DNA of 64,000 bases from a virus. Lineage: Duplodnaviria; Heunggongvirae; Uroviricota; Caudoviricetes. Below, piece by piece: positions 1 to 10,200 of the stretch. Under the pieces are notes generated by a model, which was given only the letters and a program-made list of their open reading frames with translations, was not told the origin of the DNA and did no database searches. The translations under genes were made by a program, and so were the position numbers. The stretch lies in the IMG/VR virus record IMGVR_UViG_2681813233_000007; one strand, 5' to 3'. The number at the start of each line of letters is the position of its first letter. Positions within the stretch are counted from its first letter, which is position 1.

Positions 1-3
1 GAG

Positions 4-29
4 TTCTCTTAAACCAAGGTTTAGGATTG
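4..29. other. cix/gix-family crossover site (TTCTCTTAAACC-AA-GGTTTAGGATTG) overlapping the invertase 3-prime end
   Basis: Dyad AAACC-nn-GGTTT with TTC...GAA-like flanks, as in Gin/Cin/Hin crossover sites; sits at the stop of the invertase gene. Confidence 0.5.
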
Positions 30-581
30 AAATGATGACGCCGGAAACTTCTTATAAAGCGTGGAAACAGCCACATCATAGATGATTGCAACCTGCTTAC
101 GGGGGATGCCCTTCTCGAGCAATCGCCGCATTTGCTGCCATGTTTCTTCTTGGTATTTAGGCCGACGCCCACCTATACGACCTTCTGCGCGAGCTGCATC
201 AAGTCCAGCGCGTGTACGTTCAACGATAAGCTCACGTTCCATTTCTGCCAGCGCCCCCATTACGTGAAAGAAAAAGCGCCCCATTGGTGTACTGGTGTCG
301 ATGGAGTCAGTGAGACTCCGGAAGTTAATGCCTCTGTCACGCAGCTCTTCCACCAGCACAACTAAGTGACGCATGCTGCGCCCAAGACGATCTAACTTCC
401 ATACGACTAGGGTGTCACCTCTGGAAAGCATACGGAGAACCTTTTTTAACCCTGGGCGTTCAGCCTTTTTGCCGCTCGCCTTATCCTCAAAAATTAGCTC
501 ACATCCTGCGCTTTCAAGGGCGTTTCGTTGTAAAGCGGTGTTTTGGTCATTAGTTGATACGCGAATGTATCCAATAAGCAT
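21..581 (-). CDS. cin: Serine recombinase, DNA invertase (Cin/Gin/Pin family)
   Basis: 186 aa; N-terminal MLIGYIRVSTNDQ with catalytic Ser, C-terminal HTH, C-terminus ...YKKFPASSFQS typical of Cin-type invertases. Confidence 0.9.
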   Translation of the reverse strand: MLIGYIRVSTNDQNTALQRNALESAGCELIFEDKASGKKAERPGLKKVLRMLSRGDTLVVWKLDRLGRSMRHLVVLVEELRDRGINFRSLTDSIDTSTPMGRFFFHVMGALAEMERELIVERTRAGLDAARAEGRIGGRRPKYQEETWQQMRRLLEKGIPRKQVAIIYDVAVSTLYKKFPASSFQS

Positions 582-686
582 ATGTCCCCCCTTGTATGTT
601 AAGGGGGGAGATTTTAGAAGATGTCCTGTAAGGAAATAACAAACTGACTAAGTTAGTGGCGCATTAGATGTTATTTCTGGAGGGGT

Positions 687-1013
687 ATGTTTGCAGATTA
701 TGAAAATCTGGCTGTAGTAGTCATAACATCCCTACTAAGTGGAACCGGCGTATTCCTTCTCGGAGTTAGAGACGGGCGCATTTCTGCGTCCCTGCTCAAT
801 CTTGCGAGTGAATTGTTTACTGCGGTAACAGCCGGGCTTGCGGGGTATGGGGTGGCGGTTAGCCAAGAATGGCCTGAAGGTATCATTTTCTGCGTTGTTC
901 TGATTGCCAGTAACAACGGTAGTGAAATTTTACAGGGCTTGAAGTCCAGAGCTAGTAACGTCTTGAATCTCTTAAGCGTAATAGCGAATGGGGGAAAAGG
1001 TGGAGAGAAATAA
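687..1013 (+). CDS. Small membrane protein, holin-like (LydA-like by size and position)
   Basis: 108 aa with hydrophobic helices; first gene of a rightward operon; assignment by context only. Confidence 0.35.
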   Translation: MFADYENLAVVVITSLLSGTGVFLLGVRDGRISASLLNLASELFTAVTAGLAGYGVAVSQEWPEGIIFCVVLIASNNGSEILQGLKSRASNVLNLLSVIANGGKGGEK

Positions 1014-1459
1014 TGGGTAACTTTGGAAATTATTTCATTTTTATCATGGCATTTGTTGCCATCATTGACCGTTTCATTTTTCGTCGCAAGAGTGTTGAGA
1101 TTTTGAGTATTGGTGACGCTGTAGTGAAAGAATCCGCTATAGCATTTCCTGTTTCGCTACGTGTTAAGCGAAGCTGGGTCAGCAATGCTCAAATCGAATA
1201 TTGGTTGCAAGACCTGAAAAATCCATCTGTGGTTATTTCAGGGAAAACGCGACCAGTTGACGCCTCAAAACGCGGTGAGAGAGAAGAGTATTTGCTCATC
1301 GATACGAAATATCTTGAGCCAACGAAGTGGGATCTGAAAGTCACATTGACTAACGGTAACTGCCGACTGAATCCGCTTTATCGCATTTTCCCTATCAATG
1401 ACTGCATAGAGCGCCAGTTTACGATCGAAAAGCGTGAAGGAGACTGGGATGTCAAATAA
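1013..1459 (+). CDS. Hypothetical protein with N-terminal TM segment (LydB-like position)
   Basis: 148 aa; start overlaps the stop of the upstream ORF. Confidence 0.3.
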   Translation: MGNFGNYFIFIMAFVAIIDRFIFRRKSVEILSIGDAVVKESAIAFPVSLRVKRSWVSNAQIEYWLQDLKNPSVVISGKTRPVDASKRGEREEYLLIDTKYLEPTKWDLKVTLTNGNCRLNPLYRIFPINDCIERQFTIEKREGDWDVK

Positions 1460-2069
1460 GAATAATTATGTTCTTCTTAATTATGCTGAATTAAACGAAA
1501 AGGGGCTGGCAAAACTCGTCAAAGAAATCAGCAAAGGTGGTTACAAGATAGCGAGGGTGATCCCTGCAAGTAATGGCAGGAAGAAAGATGGGATCATGAC
1601 GCGCACGTTTACCCTTATTGGTATTGATGAACAGACAATGGAAGTTCAGGTTAACGATACCGGCGATATATCTGGGATCAAACTGAATGGTAAAACAGTA
1701 CCGTTCAAGCCAGTAAAAACAATGTCGGCTTTGGGGCAATCTCTTGCGGCTTTATTTAATCGCGGAGCAACTTCTTTCCAGAAGTCATTAGCTCGAAAAC
1801 TTGCTCGTGCAGCAAAAAATATTGATGACGGAAATAAGAAGCGGCAGGGAGTTAAATCTAACGCTCAGAAATTAGCTGAAGCGAAAGAATCACGTGATGC
1901 ACTCCGTGAAGATATCGCTAATGCTAACGACAAACTGTCTAAACTCCAGAGCAAGTCAGACAAAGTAATGCAAGATACGGGTAACGTTAAAGCTGCCTTG
2001 TCTCAGGAAGTAGCTAAGACACGTGCTCTTAAAGAAGAAATCGCGCGTCTGGAGGATGAGCATGATTAA
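1449..2069 (+). CDS. Hypothetical coiled-coil protein, likely head-associated
   Basis: AAGGAG RBS before ATG at 1449; Lys/Ala-rich coiled-coil C-terminus; sits just upstream of the DarA-like gene. Confidence 0.4.
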   Translation: MSNKNNYVLLNYAELNEKGLAKLVKEISKGGYKIARVIPASNGRKKDGIMTRTFTLIGIDEQTMEVQVNDTGDISGIKLNGKTVPFKPVKTMSALGQSLAALFNRGATSFQKSLARKLARAAKNIDDGNKKRQGVKSNAQKLAEAKESRDALREDIANANDKLSKLQSKSDKVMQDTGNVKAALSQEVAKTRALKEEIARLEDEHD

Positions 2070-4017
2070 CAATCCTTTACGAATTAATATTCAGTCTACT
2101 TTTGCTGATACGATCCCCGGCTATATGCCAAGTCGCTGGTCTTCAGAAGAATTAAGCGAAGATGACCTGATTTTTGAGGCGGCGACCTTAGAAGATATTG
2201 AGCTTGCCTATATGGGCAATGAAATTCTGGTTGTGTCTGACGAAGCTATGTTTGAGTCCATAACTACAACCAGAATTCGGTTAGCTCAAACAATGCGAGC
2301 TTTCGTCCGTGCGCTGAATCGTGGCCTGAATGGTACGAATATTATGGCAGGGACTGATGAAGCTGGGACCGATGAAAATGGACGTAATTGTATTGGTGGT
2401 GCGATTATCGGTCGTGTACGTCGGGTAGCTAATATCCCTGTTTTGACCGCGCAGATACCGCTTACTGACGGGCAGAGTACAAGCATAATTTTCCACTCTC
2501 CAACAGCTGACGGGGCAAAAATAAAGAGTAACGACGAGCTTGTTGCATTTCAGTTTTTACTTAATAAGCGTAACGTAACTCACGTTGTCGCCCCGATTGG
2601 TGGGAGAGATGTTTCTTTAAGCCAGGTATGCCAGGCGCTATCTAATTTGATTGAGCGTAACAGCGAAAAATTTAAGAAAGCAAAAGAGCGCCAGGACAAA
2701 ATGAAGGCAGATATTGAGAGTTATCTCAATGAAGCAGATAAACTGGCAGAAGAACGGTCAATAATGATTGATCAGGTGGACGTTGCGCAACGTGGGCTGA
2801 CTGAAAAGCGTGCTGCTCTTACGGAGATGCAAAAAAAACTTGATGCCCAGAAAGCTATCAATGAGGAATTACAAGCAAAACGCGATAAATTGTTGTCTGC
2901 TAAAGGTGAAAAAACGAAAGAACGAGCGTTTAGTGACCAGCTGCGACATGTAAAACATAATCTTGCCATTGACGGAAAAACAGTGCTTGATAATGGCGCT
3001 GAAGTTAATTATGTCACGTCCGGCAGTGACAATTTCGTTACGATAGTAGCACCTGAAGGTAAATTCAGTATTGATGCCAGTGCTGTCAAAGGAGGCAGTT
3101 TGGCAGATGCTGCAACCAAATTACTTAAAGCCTACCGAGAGCATAACGCAGATAAATATAAAGTTGATGTGTTACCAGGCCAGTTGGAAGACTCCGAACC
3201 ACCACAGACAGACCCCGAAACGAACCCAGTATTACAACCAGAGAGCCAAGATGTAGGTGAATACCACTATGCACTTCAATCTCGCCCGGCTGGTGTTGGT
3301 GCTGTTCCGGATGGAAATAAAGCCGTGCTTGATCGTCCTGACCAGGCTGATCAGTATTACGAATATGCTCGTCACGGTATCATTACGTATGACCGTAAAC
3401 TGACAGATGAAGAAGTCAGCCAGTACGAGTTGCTTTATCTTCCTGATGAAGATGAGCTGAAAGATTTTGCAGGCCAATTGGTTGCGTCCAGCATGTCGAA
3501 ACATATTGATGGCTATGTGGACCTGTTTGGCAGTGACCTGAAAACATTCAAGGCGCAAGTGAAAATTCTTTTCCGCAAAGCGTTTCCAAACGTGGCGTAT
3601 CCACTTAGTGATGGGGAGAACCTTTTCATTATGGACGTGTATAACGCCCTTCAAAATCATTCAAGCGAAGTAAAAACAGAGCATGTGGTTGAGCCAGAAT
3701 CACAACCACAACCACAACCACAACCACAACCACAACCACAACCAGCACCAGAACAGGAGTCGGAGCCAGAAGAAGCGGGTGAATCAGCAAGTGAAGCTGA
3801 TCAGGAAGCAGATAAAGCGCTGGAGTACCTGAAATCCGTGCCGGAGCAGTTTACATCCCGCGATCTGACGGTCATCAGTGCTGAACTTGATCATGTGCAG
3901 GAAGCAGCAAACGCTCTAATCAGTGCAGGTCGATACGACGAGAACGAAGCCACTGTGGGTGCAGCAGTTGACTACCTGATCAATATTCTGGCTGAAATTC
4001 AGCAGGGAGGTGTTTAA
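2059..4017 (+). CDS. Large head-associated protein with (PQ)n linker, DarA-like by size and context
   Basis: ~650 aa ORF with GGAGGA RBS; size and position match the P1 darA operon; no catalytic motif recognised. Confidence 0.45.
   Translation, partial: SMINNPLRINIQSTFADTIPGYMPSRWSSEELSEDDLIFEAATLEDIELAYMGNEILVVSDEAMFESITTTRIRLAQTMRAFVRALNRGLNGTNIMAGTDEAGTDENGRNCIGGAIIGRVRRVANIPVLTAQIPLTDGQSTSIIFHSPTADGAKIKSNDELVAFQFLLNKRNVTHVVAPIGGRDVSLSQVCQALSNLIERNSEKFKKAKERQDKMKADIESYLNEADKLAEERSIMIDQVDVAQRGLTEKRAALTEMQKKLDAQKAINEELQAKRDKLLSAKGEKTKERAFSDQLRHVKHNLAIDGKTVLDNGAEVNYVTSGSDNFVTIVAPEGKFSIDASAVKGGSLADAATKLLKAYREHNADKYKVDVLPGQLEDSEPPQTDPETNPVLQPESQDVGEYHYALQSRPAGVGAVPDGNKAVLDRPDQADQYYEYARHGIITYDRKLTDEEVSQYELLYLPDEDELKDFAGQLVASSMSKHIDGYVDLFGSDLKTFKAQVKILFRKAFPNVAYPLSDGENLFIMDVYNALQNHSSEVKTEHVVEPESQPQPQPQPQPQPQPAPEQESEPEEAGESASEADQEADKALEYLKSVPEQFTSRDLTVISAELDHVQEAANALISAGRYDENEATVGAAVDYLINILAEIQQGGV
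3701..3742 (+). repeat. (CACAAC)x7 hexanucleotide tandem repeat encoding a PQPQ linker
   Basis: Seven perfect CACAAC units inside the DarA-like ORF. Confidence 0.9.
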
Positions 4018-4385
4018 TGACCATCTCTGTTTTAGACCGCCTGAAATTAGGTAAAGAGCTATCAGATCTAATGCAGGCGCAGAAAACTGCGCCAGTATTG
4101 CAACGCGTCACCATTGGTAAGCAGATTGTTGATGTGATGCTGAAATTGGGCCTGGGGACTGCCGCGCAACCGGCAGCGGAACCGCAACAACAGGCTGATC
4201 CTGTTGTAGATGAAGTCCCTAAGATAGTGACTGACTTCCTGGGCGGTGTGTTCACAAAGTCCACACAAATGGAATTTATTGATGCGCTGCGTGGGATCTC
4301 AAACTATGTTGGCGAGTTCCTTACGTTGGAGCAGGCTAAAGAGCAGACCATAAGCTGGGTGAAAGCTAACGGTTATGCCGGGTAA
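4017..4385 (+). CDS. Hypothetical protein (DdrA-like position)
   Basis: 122 aa; ATG overlaps the upstream stop. Confidence 0.4.
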   Translation: MTISVLDRLKLGKELSDLMQAQKTAPVLQRVTIGKQIVDVMLKLGLGTAAQPAAEPQQQADPVVDEVPKIVTDFLGGVFTKSTQMEFIDALRGISNYVGEFLTLEQAKEQTISWVKANGYAG

Positions 4386-4467
4386 TCAAAAGGGGCTGAA
4401 ATGCCCCTTTCACTTATCTGTTCTCACATAAATCACACACTTTTTACACTCACAGCTTTCTCTATAG

Positions 4468-5865
4468 TTGGAGTGTATTTTGAACAAATCAGTTACTTCT
4501 GCGCTTTCCGAGGCCGCAGATATTAACAGCGTCATTGCTCTGGTTTCTTCATTAGAGAGGAAAGAAACACGCCTGGGGCGAAGTAGCTACGTAGTCACCA
4601 GCAAAGGTGCAGAGGTAAAGACGGCTTTTAAGGTCGTTGATGCCAGCAGTCTGATCATTTCGAACAACCTTGACGGTACGATTAACCCGGCCTTCCCGGA
4701 AGAACTCCAACCACGAGATCGTACCCGGCTATCCAGCAAACTCCAGGTTAACCGTATTGCCTCCAATTTACGCCCGGCACAATTAACGGATTCCGGTATG
4801 AGCAGCCACGGAGCGCCTATAGTTGGTCCGGACAACGTTGTTGAATCCGGCAACGGAAGGAGTATGGGTATCTGGCGTGCCTATGAGCAAGGACAGGCGG
4901 ATGAGTATCGCCAGTACCTGATCGACCATGCGAAAGAGTTTGGTCTGAATCCTGACGAAATTTCGCAAATGTCTATGCCCGTACTGGTGCGAGAAAGACT
5001 CACAGATGTAGACCGCGCTCAATTTGCCCGCGATTCAAACATTAGCGATCTGCAAGAGATGGCAGCAAGTGAAAAAGCGTATGCGGATGCGCAATTTCTC
5101 ACTGAGAGCGTCATGGCGCTATTTAATCCTTCAGATGATGGAAATCTGCTGGCGCGGTCCAATGATGCGTTTATTCGTGCGTTTTTGCGCGAAATTGGCG
5201 ATACAGCGACGGCAGGCTTGCTTACTGCCGATGGGCGTCCCACGAAACAGCTTATCGATCGCATCCAGAATGCAATTTTTGCCAAAGCGTACAAGGATGA
5301 AAGGCTTGTTCGGCTGGTGTCGGAAGAGCCAGATCCGGAAATGCGTAATATCCTGACCGCATTAAATACGGCAGCCAGCGATTTTGCGCAAATGCAGTCG
5401 CTGTCTGGCGACGCTCACCATGACGCAGTAACAGGCTTAGTGGACGGTATAGAGCAGGTTAATGGCCTGGATACACAGGCGATAGCAGCACTCCAGGAAG
5501 CAATTAATCTTGTACGTGAAGCCAAAGACAACGGTCAGGCCGTTGAAGAAGTGATCGCCCAAAGGGGGTTATTCGGCGACAGTACACCGGAAGCTGAGGC
5601 ATTGGCGCTATTCATCGTAGCAAATAATCGCAGTGCGAAGCGTATGGGGGCAGCATTCAAAAAAATGGCGCAAAAAATCAACGACGAGCTGACTCATAAA
5701 CAACAGGCATTGGGCGATATGTTCGGCGGTGGCGATGTTGATCTGCGTCGTATTTTGTCTGCTGTATCTGATGAAATTGAGGGTGAATTTGGCGAAGGGA
5801 AAGGTCTGAACTTTGCTATGTTTGAAAATTCTACGGATCTAAATAATTGCCGTACGGAAAACTAA
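4468..5865 (+). CDS. Hypothetical protein, probably virion/antirestriction-associated
   Basis: 465 aa ORF; track start is TTG, true start uncertain (possible TTG at 4480 after GGAG). Confidence 0.4.
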   Translation: MECILNKSVTSALSEAADINSVIALVSSLERKETRLGRSSYVVTSKGAEVKTAFKVVDASSLIISNNLDGTINPAFPEELQPRDRTRLSSKLQVNRIASNLRPAQLTDSGMSSHGAPIVGPDNVVESGNGRSMGIWRAYEQGQADEYRQYLIDHAKEFGLNPDEISQMSMPVLVRERLTDVDRAQFARDSNISDLQEMAASEKAYADAQFLTESVMALFNPSDDGNLLARSNDAFIRAFLREIGDTATAGLLTADGRPTKQLIDRIQNAIFAKAYKDERLVRLVSEEPDPEMRNILTALNTAASDFAQMQSLSGDAHHDAVTGLVDGIEQVNGLDTQAIAALQEAINLVREAKDNGQAVEEVIAQRGLFGDSTPEAEALALFIVANNRSAKRMGAAFKKMAQKINDELTHKQQALGDMFGGGDVDLRRILSAVSDEIEGEFGEGKGLNFAMFENSTDLNNCRTEN

Positions 5866-5929
5866 ACCAACCGCTGAAATCACATACTGATTATGCTGCC
5901 GCAAAACTGGAAACGATTTGCGGTGATTC

Positions 5930-7612
5930 ATGGCAACGAAAGACAAAAACAAAGGCTTTCTGTCAGCATTGAAGAAAGCCTTCAACGGTGGTGATGTTAC
6001 GCCCGCCGATCCGGTCGTTTTTACGAGCGGACATAGTGTCGTTGCTCGTTCCGGCCTGTCTGCTTTACGTCCAGGCATCCTGGGGAGCAATAGCGATGGC
6101 ATGACGAGTGAGGCAGATTCAATTTCTTTATCCGCTGAACTGCCCGGCGAGCGCCTGCAAAAGTACAACATCCTGGAAACGATGGCTAAAAGCCCGACTA
6201 TCTCGACGGCTTTAAACATTCACATTGCACATGCGCTTGCGCCTTCAAAAAAAACCGGACAGGCATTCATCCTTTCGCCAAAGGATGGTTCCGATGCCGA
6301 GGCAGTAAGTAGATGTGAAGAGTTAACCGCTGATTTGGGGGCGATGATTAATGACGGACTTCCTTCATGGGCCATGATCATGGCGATCTTTGGGGTGTCT
6401 TATGTCCGACCTTATGCTGAACAGGGCAGGGGGATAACAGGCATTGAGTCCAGTTATTACACTCTGCCACATTTCGTCCAGGAATTTTATCGCGGTAGCC
6501 AGCTGGTTGGATTCAGTGGTGATTACATCCTGGATACGCATAGTTTGCGCAGAGTAATAACCGAACCGTGGAATCTGGTTTCCATGAAAAATCCCTATTG
6601 GACGCCACAGCATAAAGTTATTCCGGTTAGCTACGGCACAAAAGGGTACTCACTGTTAAGTGAGCAGGCTGATAAGCCGTTAATGGAGACGCAGAATTAC
6701 GGAACTTCATTCCTGGAATACAGCTATGAACCTTACCTTAATTTATGTGCTTCGCTCGCCGCGCTGAAATCAACGCGAAATAATGCAGCCAAAATTGACC
6801 GCCTGATTGCTCTTACGACGAACACACTGGACCCGGTTAATGCGGCGAACTATACGCGTGGCGTCAGCCAGGCATTGAAGCGTCATAGTGACCTGGTGGC
6901 GCAAAGGTCGATTAATGCCAACGCTATTCCGACTGTGCTTAACCATCTGATACCTGTTATGGGAGACGGGAAGAACGGCATCACCATTGATACGCAATCC
7001 ATACCCGCAGATATCAGTGGTATCGAAGACGTTATGTTTCACCTCCGGCAGCTTGCTGCAAGCCTCGGCATTGACGCAACAATGCTTGGCTGGGCTGATC
7101 AGATGAGCGGAGGGCTTGGAGAAGGCGGCTGGCAGCAAACTGCTATCCAGGCTGCATTGCGTGCGAACTGGATCAGACAGGCCGCCCAGCGAACTATTTA
7201 TCGGCTTCTGGACATTCACCTCGCTTATAAATACGGCAAGGTTTACACCGAAACAAACCGCCCTTATGACGTGCAATTCAACTCAATGAACACTGCTATC
7301 CAGGAAGAGGAAAACCGGGAACTGGATGCACGCGCCAACTTTGTTGCTGTCATCTCCCAAATTATGGACCAGATCCAGAACAACCCGAAACTGGCTGGTA
7401 GTGACGCGTTTATGCGTTATCTGTTCACTGAGCAGTTGCACATCGACGATGACACTCTCAACACCATGATCAAAGAGTTTAAGGCGAATGAATCAGAGCA
7501 AAACAACGAGCATGGTATGTACGAATCCGCGCCGTTGTCGTCCGGTGACGATCCGGAAAACTGGACGCCAGAACAGTTAATAAACTTTGCAAAATTTGTG
7601 ATGAGCAATTAA
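5930..7612 (+). CDS. Putative portal protein (Prt-like)
   Basis: 560 aa, portal-sized, immediately followed by a protease-sized ORF; assignment by size and synteny. Confidence 0.4.
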   Translation: MATKDKNKGFLSALKKAFNGGDVTPADPVVFTSGHSVVARSGLSALRPGILGSNSDGMTSEADSISLSAELPGERLQKYNILETMAKSPTISTALNIHIAHALAPSKKTGQAFILSPKDGSDAEAVSRCEELTADLGAMINDGLPSWAMIMAIFGVSYVRPYAEQGRGITGIESSYYTLPHFVQEFYRGSQLVGFSGDYILDTHSLRRVITEPWNLVSMKNPYWTPQHKVIPVSYGTKGYSLLSEQADKPLMETQNYGTSFLEYSYEPYLNLCASLAALKSTRNNAAKIDRLIALTTNTLDPVNAANYTRGVSQALKRHSDLVAQRSINANAIPTVLNHLIPVMGDGKNGITIDTQSIPADISGIEDVMFHLRQLAASLGIDATMLGWADQMSGGLGEGGWQQTAIQAALRANWIRQAAQRTIYRLLDIHLAYKYGKVYTETNRPYDVQFNSMNTAIQEEENRELDARANFVAVISQIMDQIQNNPKLAGSDAFMRYLFTEQLHIDDDTLNTMIKEFKANESEQNNEHGMYESAPLSSGDDPENWTPEQLINFAKFVMSN

Positions 7613-7625
7613 CCGGAGGGAAATA

Positions 7626-8624
7626 ATGCAATCACTGAATACTGTTACGGATCGCTTCTCCCTGGTAGAGAAAATCCGCAAACACACACCGCAGAACAAC
7701 CGAAATTATGTCATTCAGTCGGTACGAGACACATTCAACTCGCCAGAAACAAAAGAGCGTATCGCGCTGGGTGAGATGTATGGTTATTACGGTCATGGTC
7801 GCCGGGCGATGCACTATAACAAAACGAAAAGCCTGAACTTGCCGGAAGTCTCTGTTGTGATGGTAGATGGGAAGCCTGTTGTATTGGAGAACGTGCCGTC
7901 AAACAGGACTATCGACATTTCGATTGACGACAACGGCATTGTTACGCATACGCAGGAAATACTGGATACAGACACCGGGCGTATTGTTCAGGGCATGATT
8001 AATTCTGGTGCTGGTGGTTGGTCGTGGGCTACATCTGGTCCAGATTCATCGGTATCCCTGGTAAAGTCTTTCCACGGCTTTGATTACGTAACTGTGCCTA
8101 ACTATATCAGCCTCGACAAGAAAAGCCTGATGCTTGAATCAGCAGAAGAGCGCGATGCGGCTATTCATGCAGCACTTATCGAACAAGGTTTTACCGATAA
8201 CGCTGCTACGGATCTGGTTCACCACTTTTCAGCAATGAAAAATCAGCAAGCCATGCTCGAATCTGCACATCGTGAAGCCCTGGAATCAGAATTGATGCTC
8301 CTTGAAGTGGAAAACATACAGCTTCGAGATAAGCTGCGCGCTCAAACAGCGATGATGGAAAGCCAGGGGGAAAATGCAAAGCAATGCCGCCGGATTTTGC
8401 GTGACGCTATCCAGGAAATGCCTGTTTTTATCAGCGCAGAACAGCGCCGGGCGCTCTGCCGTATGCAGTCTGAAGATGATGCCCGCATAGTGGCTGCGAT
8501 GCTTGAATCTCTTGGGGCAAATGCTACTTATGGCTTACCGGTATCAGGCAAGAAAGAACCAGAGTTATCACCGAAGGAGAACAAAAACACCACCCCGTTA
8601 CTCTTCGTTTCTAGAAGGGGGTAA
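7626..8624 (+). CDS. Putative prohead protease/scaffold (Pro-like)
   Basis: 332 aa directly after the portal-like ORF; coiled-coil C-terminal half. Confidence 0.35.
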   Translation: MQSLNTVTDRFSLVEKIRKHTPQNNRNYVIQSVRDTFNSPETKERIALGEMYGYYGHGRRAMHYNKTKSLNLPEVSVVMVDGKPVVLENVPSNRTIDISIDDNGIVTHTQEILDTDTGRIVQGMINSGAGGWSWATSGPDSSVSLVKSFHGFDYVTVPNYISLDKKSLMLESAEERDAAIHAALIEQGFTDNAATDLVHHFSAMKNQQAMLESAHREALESELMLLEVENIQLRDKLRAQTAMMESQGENAKQCRRILRDAIQEMPVFISAEQRRALCRMQSEDDARIVAAMLESLGANATYGLPVSGKKEPELSPKENKNTTPLLFVSRRG

Positions 8625-8634
8625 TCGCCTTGTT

Positions 8635-8652
8635 AAGTTAAATTTCTAACAT
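8635..8652 (-). promoter_or_regulatory. Operator-like motif ATGTTAGAAATTTAACTT
   Basis: Member of the dispersed TGTTAGAAA motif family; upstream of the 8825 ORF. Confidence 0.45.
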
Positions 8653-8737
8653 AGTGTATTTATATACACTGTTGATCCTGGTGGATGGGATCGAGTAGGA
8701 TCGCGGTCACTGCTCCGGTAGCGACTGCCAAAAAAGC

Positions 8738-8764
8738 AAAAGCCGCTGAGAAGCGGCTTTTTGG
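8738..8764 (+). terminator. Rho-independent terminator
   Basis: GC hairpin AGCCGC-tgagaa-GCGGCT followed by a T-run after the 7626-8624 ORF. Confidence 0.6.
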
Positions 8765-8824
8765 GTGTATAAATCCACTGCCATAGATTTATACGGTAGA
8801 TAGATTTTTTCACGGAACTATCTG

Positions 8825-9787
8825 GTGAGTATTTTAAATTCAGTTTCAGTAACTTTCAACACTTCTGAGTATAAAAACAACACTGAATACCACAAAAAAA
8901 TCAAAGGTCATCAGTTGAGTTTTTTTGCTCGTCATAGCGGTCTTCTTTCCCCTTCACATAGCGCCATTATTGCCGAGTTCGCCAACCTGGCAGGGTCTAC
9001 CGATGAATACATGATCCGTCGCTCATATGCTGATATGTCCGAGATTACAGGACGCAGCATTTCTACTGTGCGCCGGGCATTTGCTGAAGCGACGAAGTGC
9101 GGAATGCTTGTTAAGCAACATCAGGTAGCGAATAACAATGCCCAGGTGTGTAACGTATATCGGTTTACGACACAATTTCTCCACTTCATTCATGTAGCAA
9201 TGGAGATAGGGGGTAAGCAGGGCATCAAATTTGCCAACGCCACAAAGCTGGTTAAGCAATTGATTTCAAAGGTACGTTATTTTTTTGAAACTGGGACCCC
9301 CCTGTTCAAATTGAACAAGTCCCCCCATGTTCAATTTGAACAGCCAATAGAAAATAAGAGTCACTCTATAGCCAAAAGAAGAGAAAGATCATGCGCGGTT
9401 CAGCCAAAGGCTTCACCAGCAGATAGTTCTCAAGCGGATAATGGGGGACTGGATAAAAAAACAGTAATCAGGGAAGAACATACCAACCACTGCCTGGCGG
9501 CGGCAAAAGCGAGAGCTGCAAAGCGTCGTTCAGACGAGGGGCACGCAAAACGGCAGGCTCTGTATCGTACCGCTGAAAAGCTGGCAAAAAAATTTGCATG
9601 GATACGTAGTGCCGCTACCGCAGTGAATAAGCCTAAACAATCCAGTGCCCTGGATTTCTCAATGGATTATTCTGGCTCCCAGGGGTGTGCAACCATTGGT
9701 GAAGCCTTTGACCTGATGAAACAGCGTGGCTATCTGTCTGAATTTGACCGTGAGGATTGGTCAATCCCTGCGGGATTTAGGGGATGA
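8825..9787 (+). CDS. HTH DNA-binding protein, possible KilA/RepL-region homolog (lytic replicon candidate)
   Basis: 320 aa; HTH-like segment MSEITGRSISTVRRAFAEA; internal inverted palindrome pair at 9304-9343; GTG start uncertain. Confidence 0.35.
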   Translation: MSILNSVSVTFNTSEYKNNTEYHKKIKGHQLSFFARHSGLLSPSHSAIIAEFANLAGSTDEYMIRRSYADMSEITGRSISTVRRAFAEATKCGMLVKQHQVANNNAQVCNVYRFTTQFLHFIHVAMEIGGKQGIKFANATKLVKQLISKVRYFFETGTPLFKLNKSPHVQFEQPIENKSHSIAKRRERSCAVQPKASPADSSQADNGGLDKKTVIREEHTNHCLAAAKARAAKRRSDEGHAKRQALYRTAEKLAKKFAWIRSAATAVNKPKQSSALDFSMDYSGSQGCATIGEAFDLMKQRGYLSEFDREDWSIPAGFRG

Positions 9788-9840
9788 CCTGTGTGTCTAC
9801 AAAACATCCCAATGATCGGAAAATGCTCGCTCGATAATTT

Positions 9841-9858
9841 GTGTTAGAAAATTAATTT
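9841..9858 (+). promoter_or_regulatory. Operator-like motif GTGTTAGAAAATTAATTT with inverted partial partner at 9861-9873
   Basis: Motif family member upstream of the first icd-ant module. Confidence 0.5.
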
Positions 9859-10200
9859 GCTGTTTCTAAATCGGAATGTATGATCTGCATCATCGTCTGA
9901 AGTCATCCATTGCTGAAATTTTTAGTTGATCTTCCATGTTTTCAGGCTTATATTCATGCCGTCGTAGCAAATTCTGCGACCGGGTTTGACAGCCTGAATA
10001 CTTACGCGGACAACCGCACATTTCCGATATTGCGGTATTTTTGTGTCCGTAAAACCACGTTACGCCCGAATTATGGTGGGGCGTGATGGGGAGGCTTCGG
10101 CCTGCTGGTTTCGTAAGTGCCAGTCTGTCAACCCTGTCACGTCCTGCCACCTGTTTGACAGCGGGTCGCAGGTTGTTTATCAACTTACGAGGCCGTAACT

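Noticed and set aside
3701-3742. Possible CRISPR array or other spacer-repeat structure
   Set aside because: The only perfect tandem repeat is a coding hexanucleotide (CACAAC)x7 with no spacers; the other repeated elements are operator-like motifs and tRNA-flanking motifs at irregular spacing.
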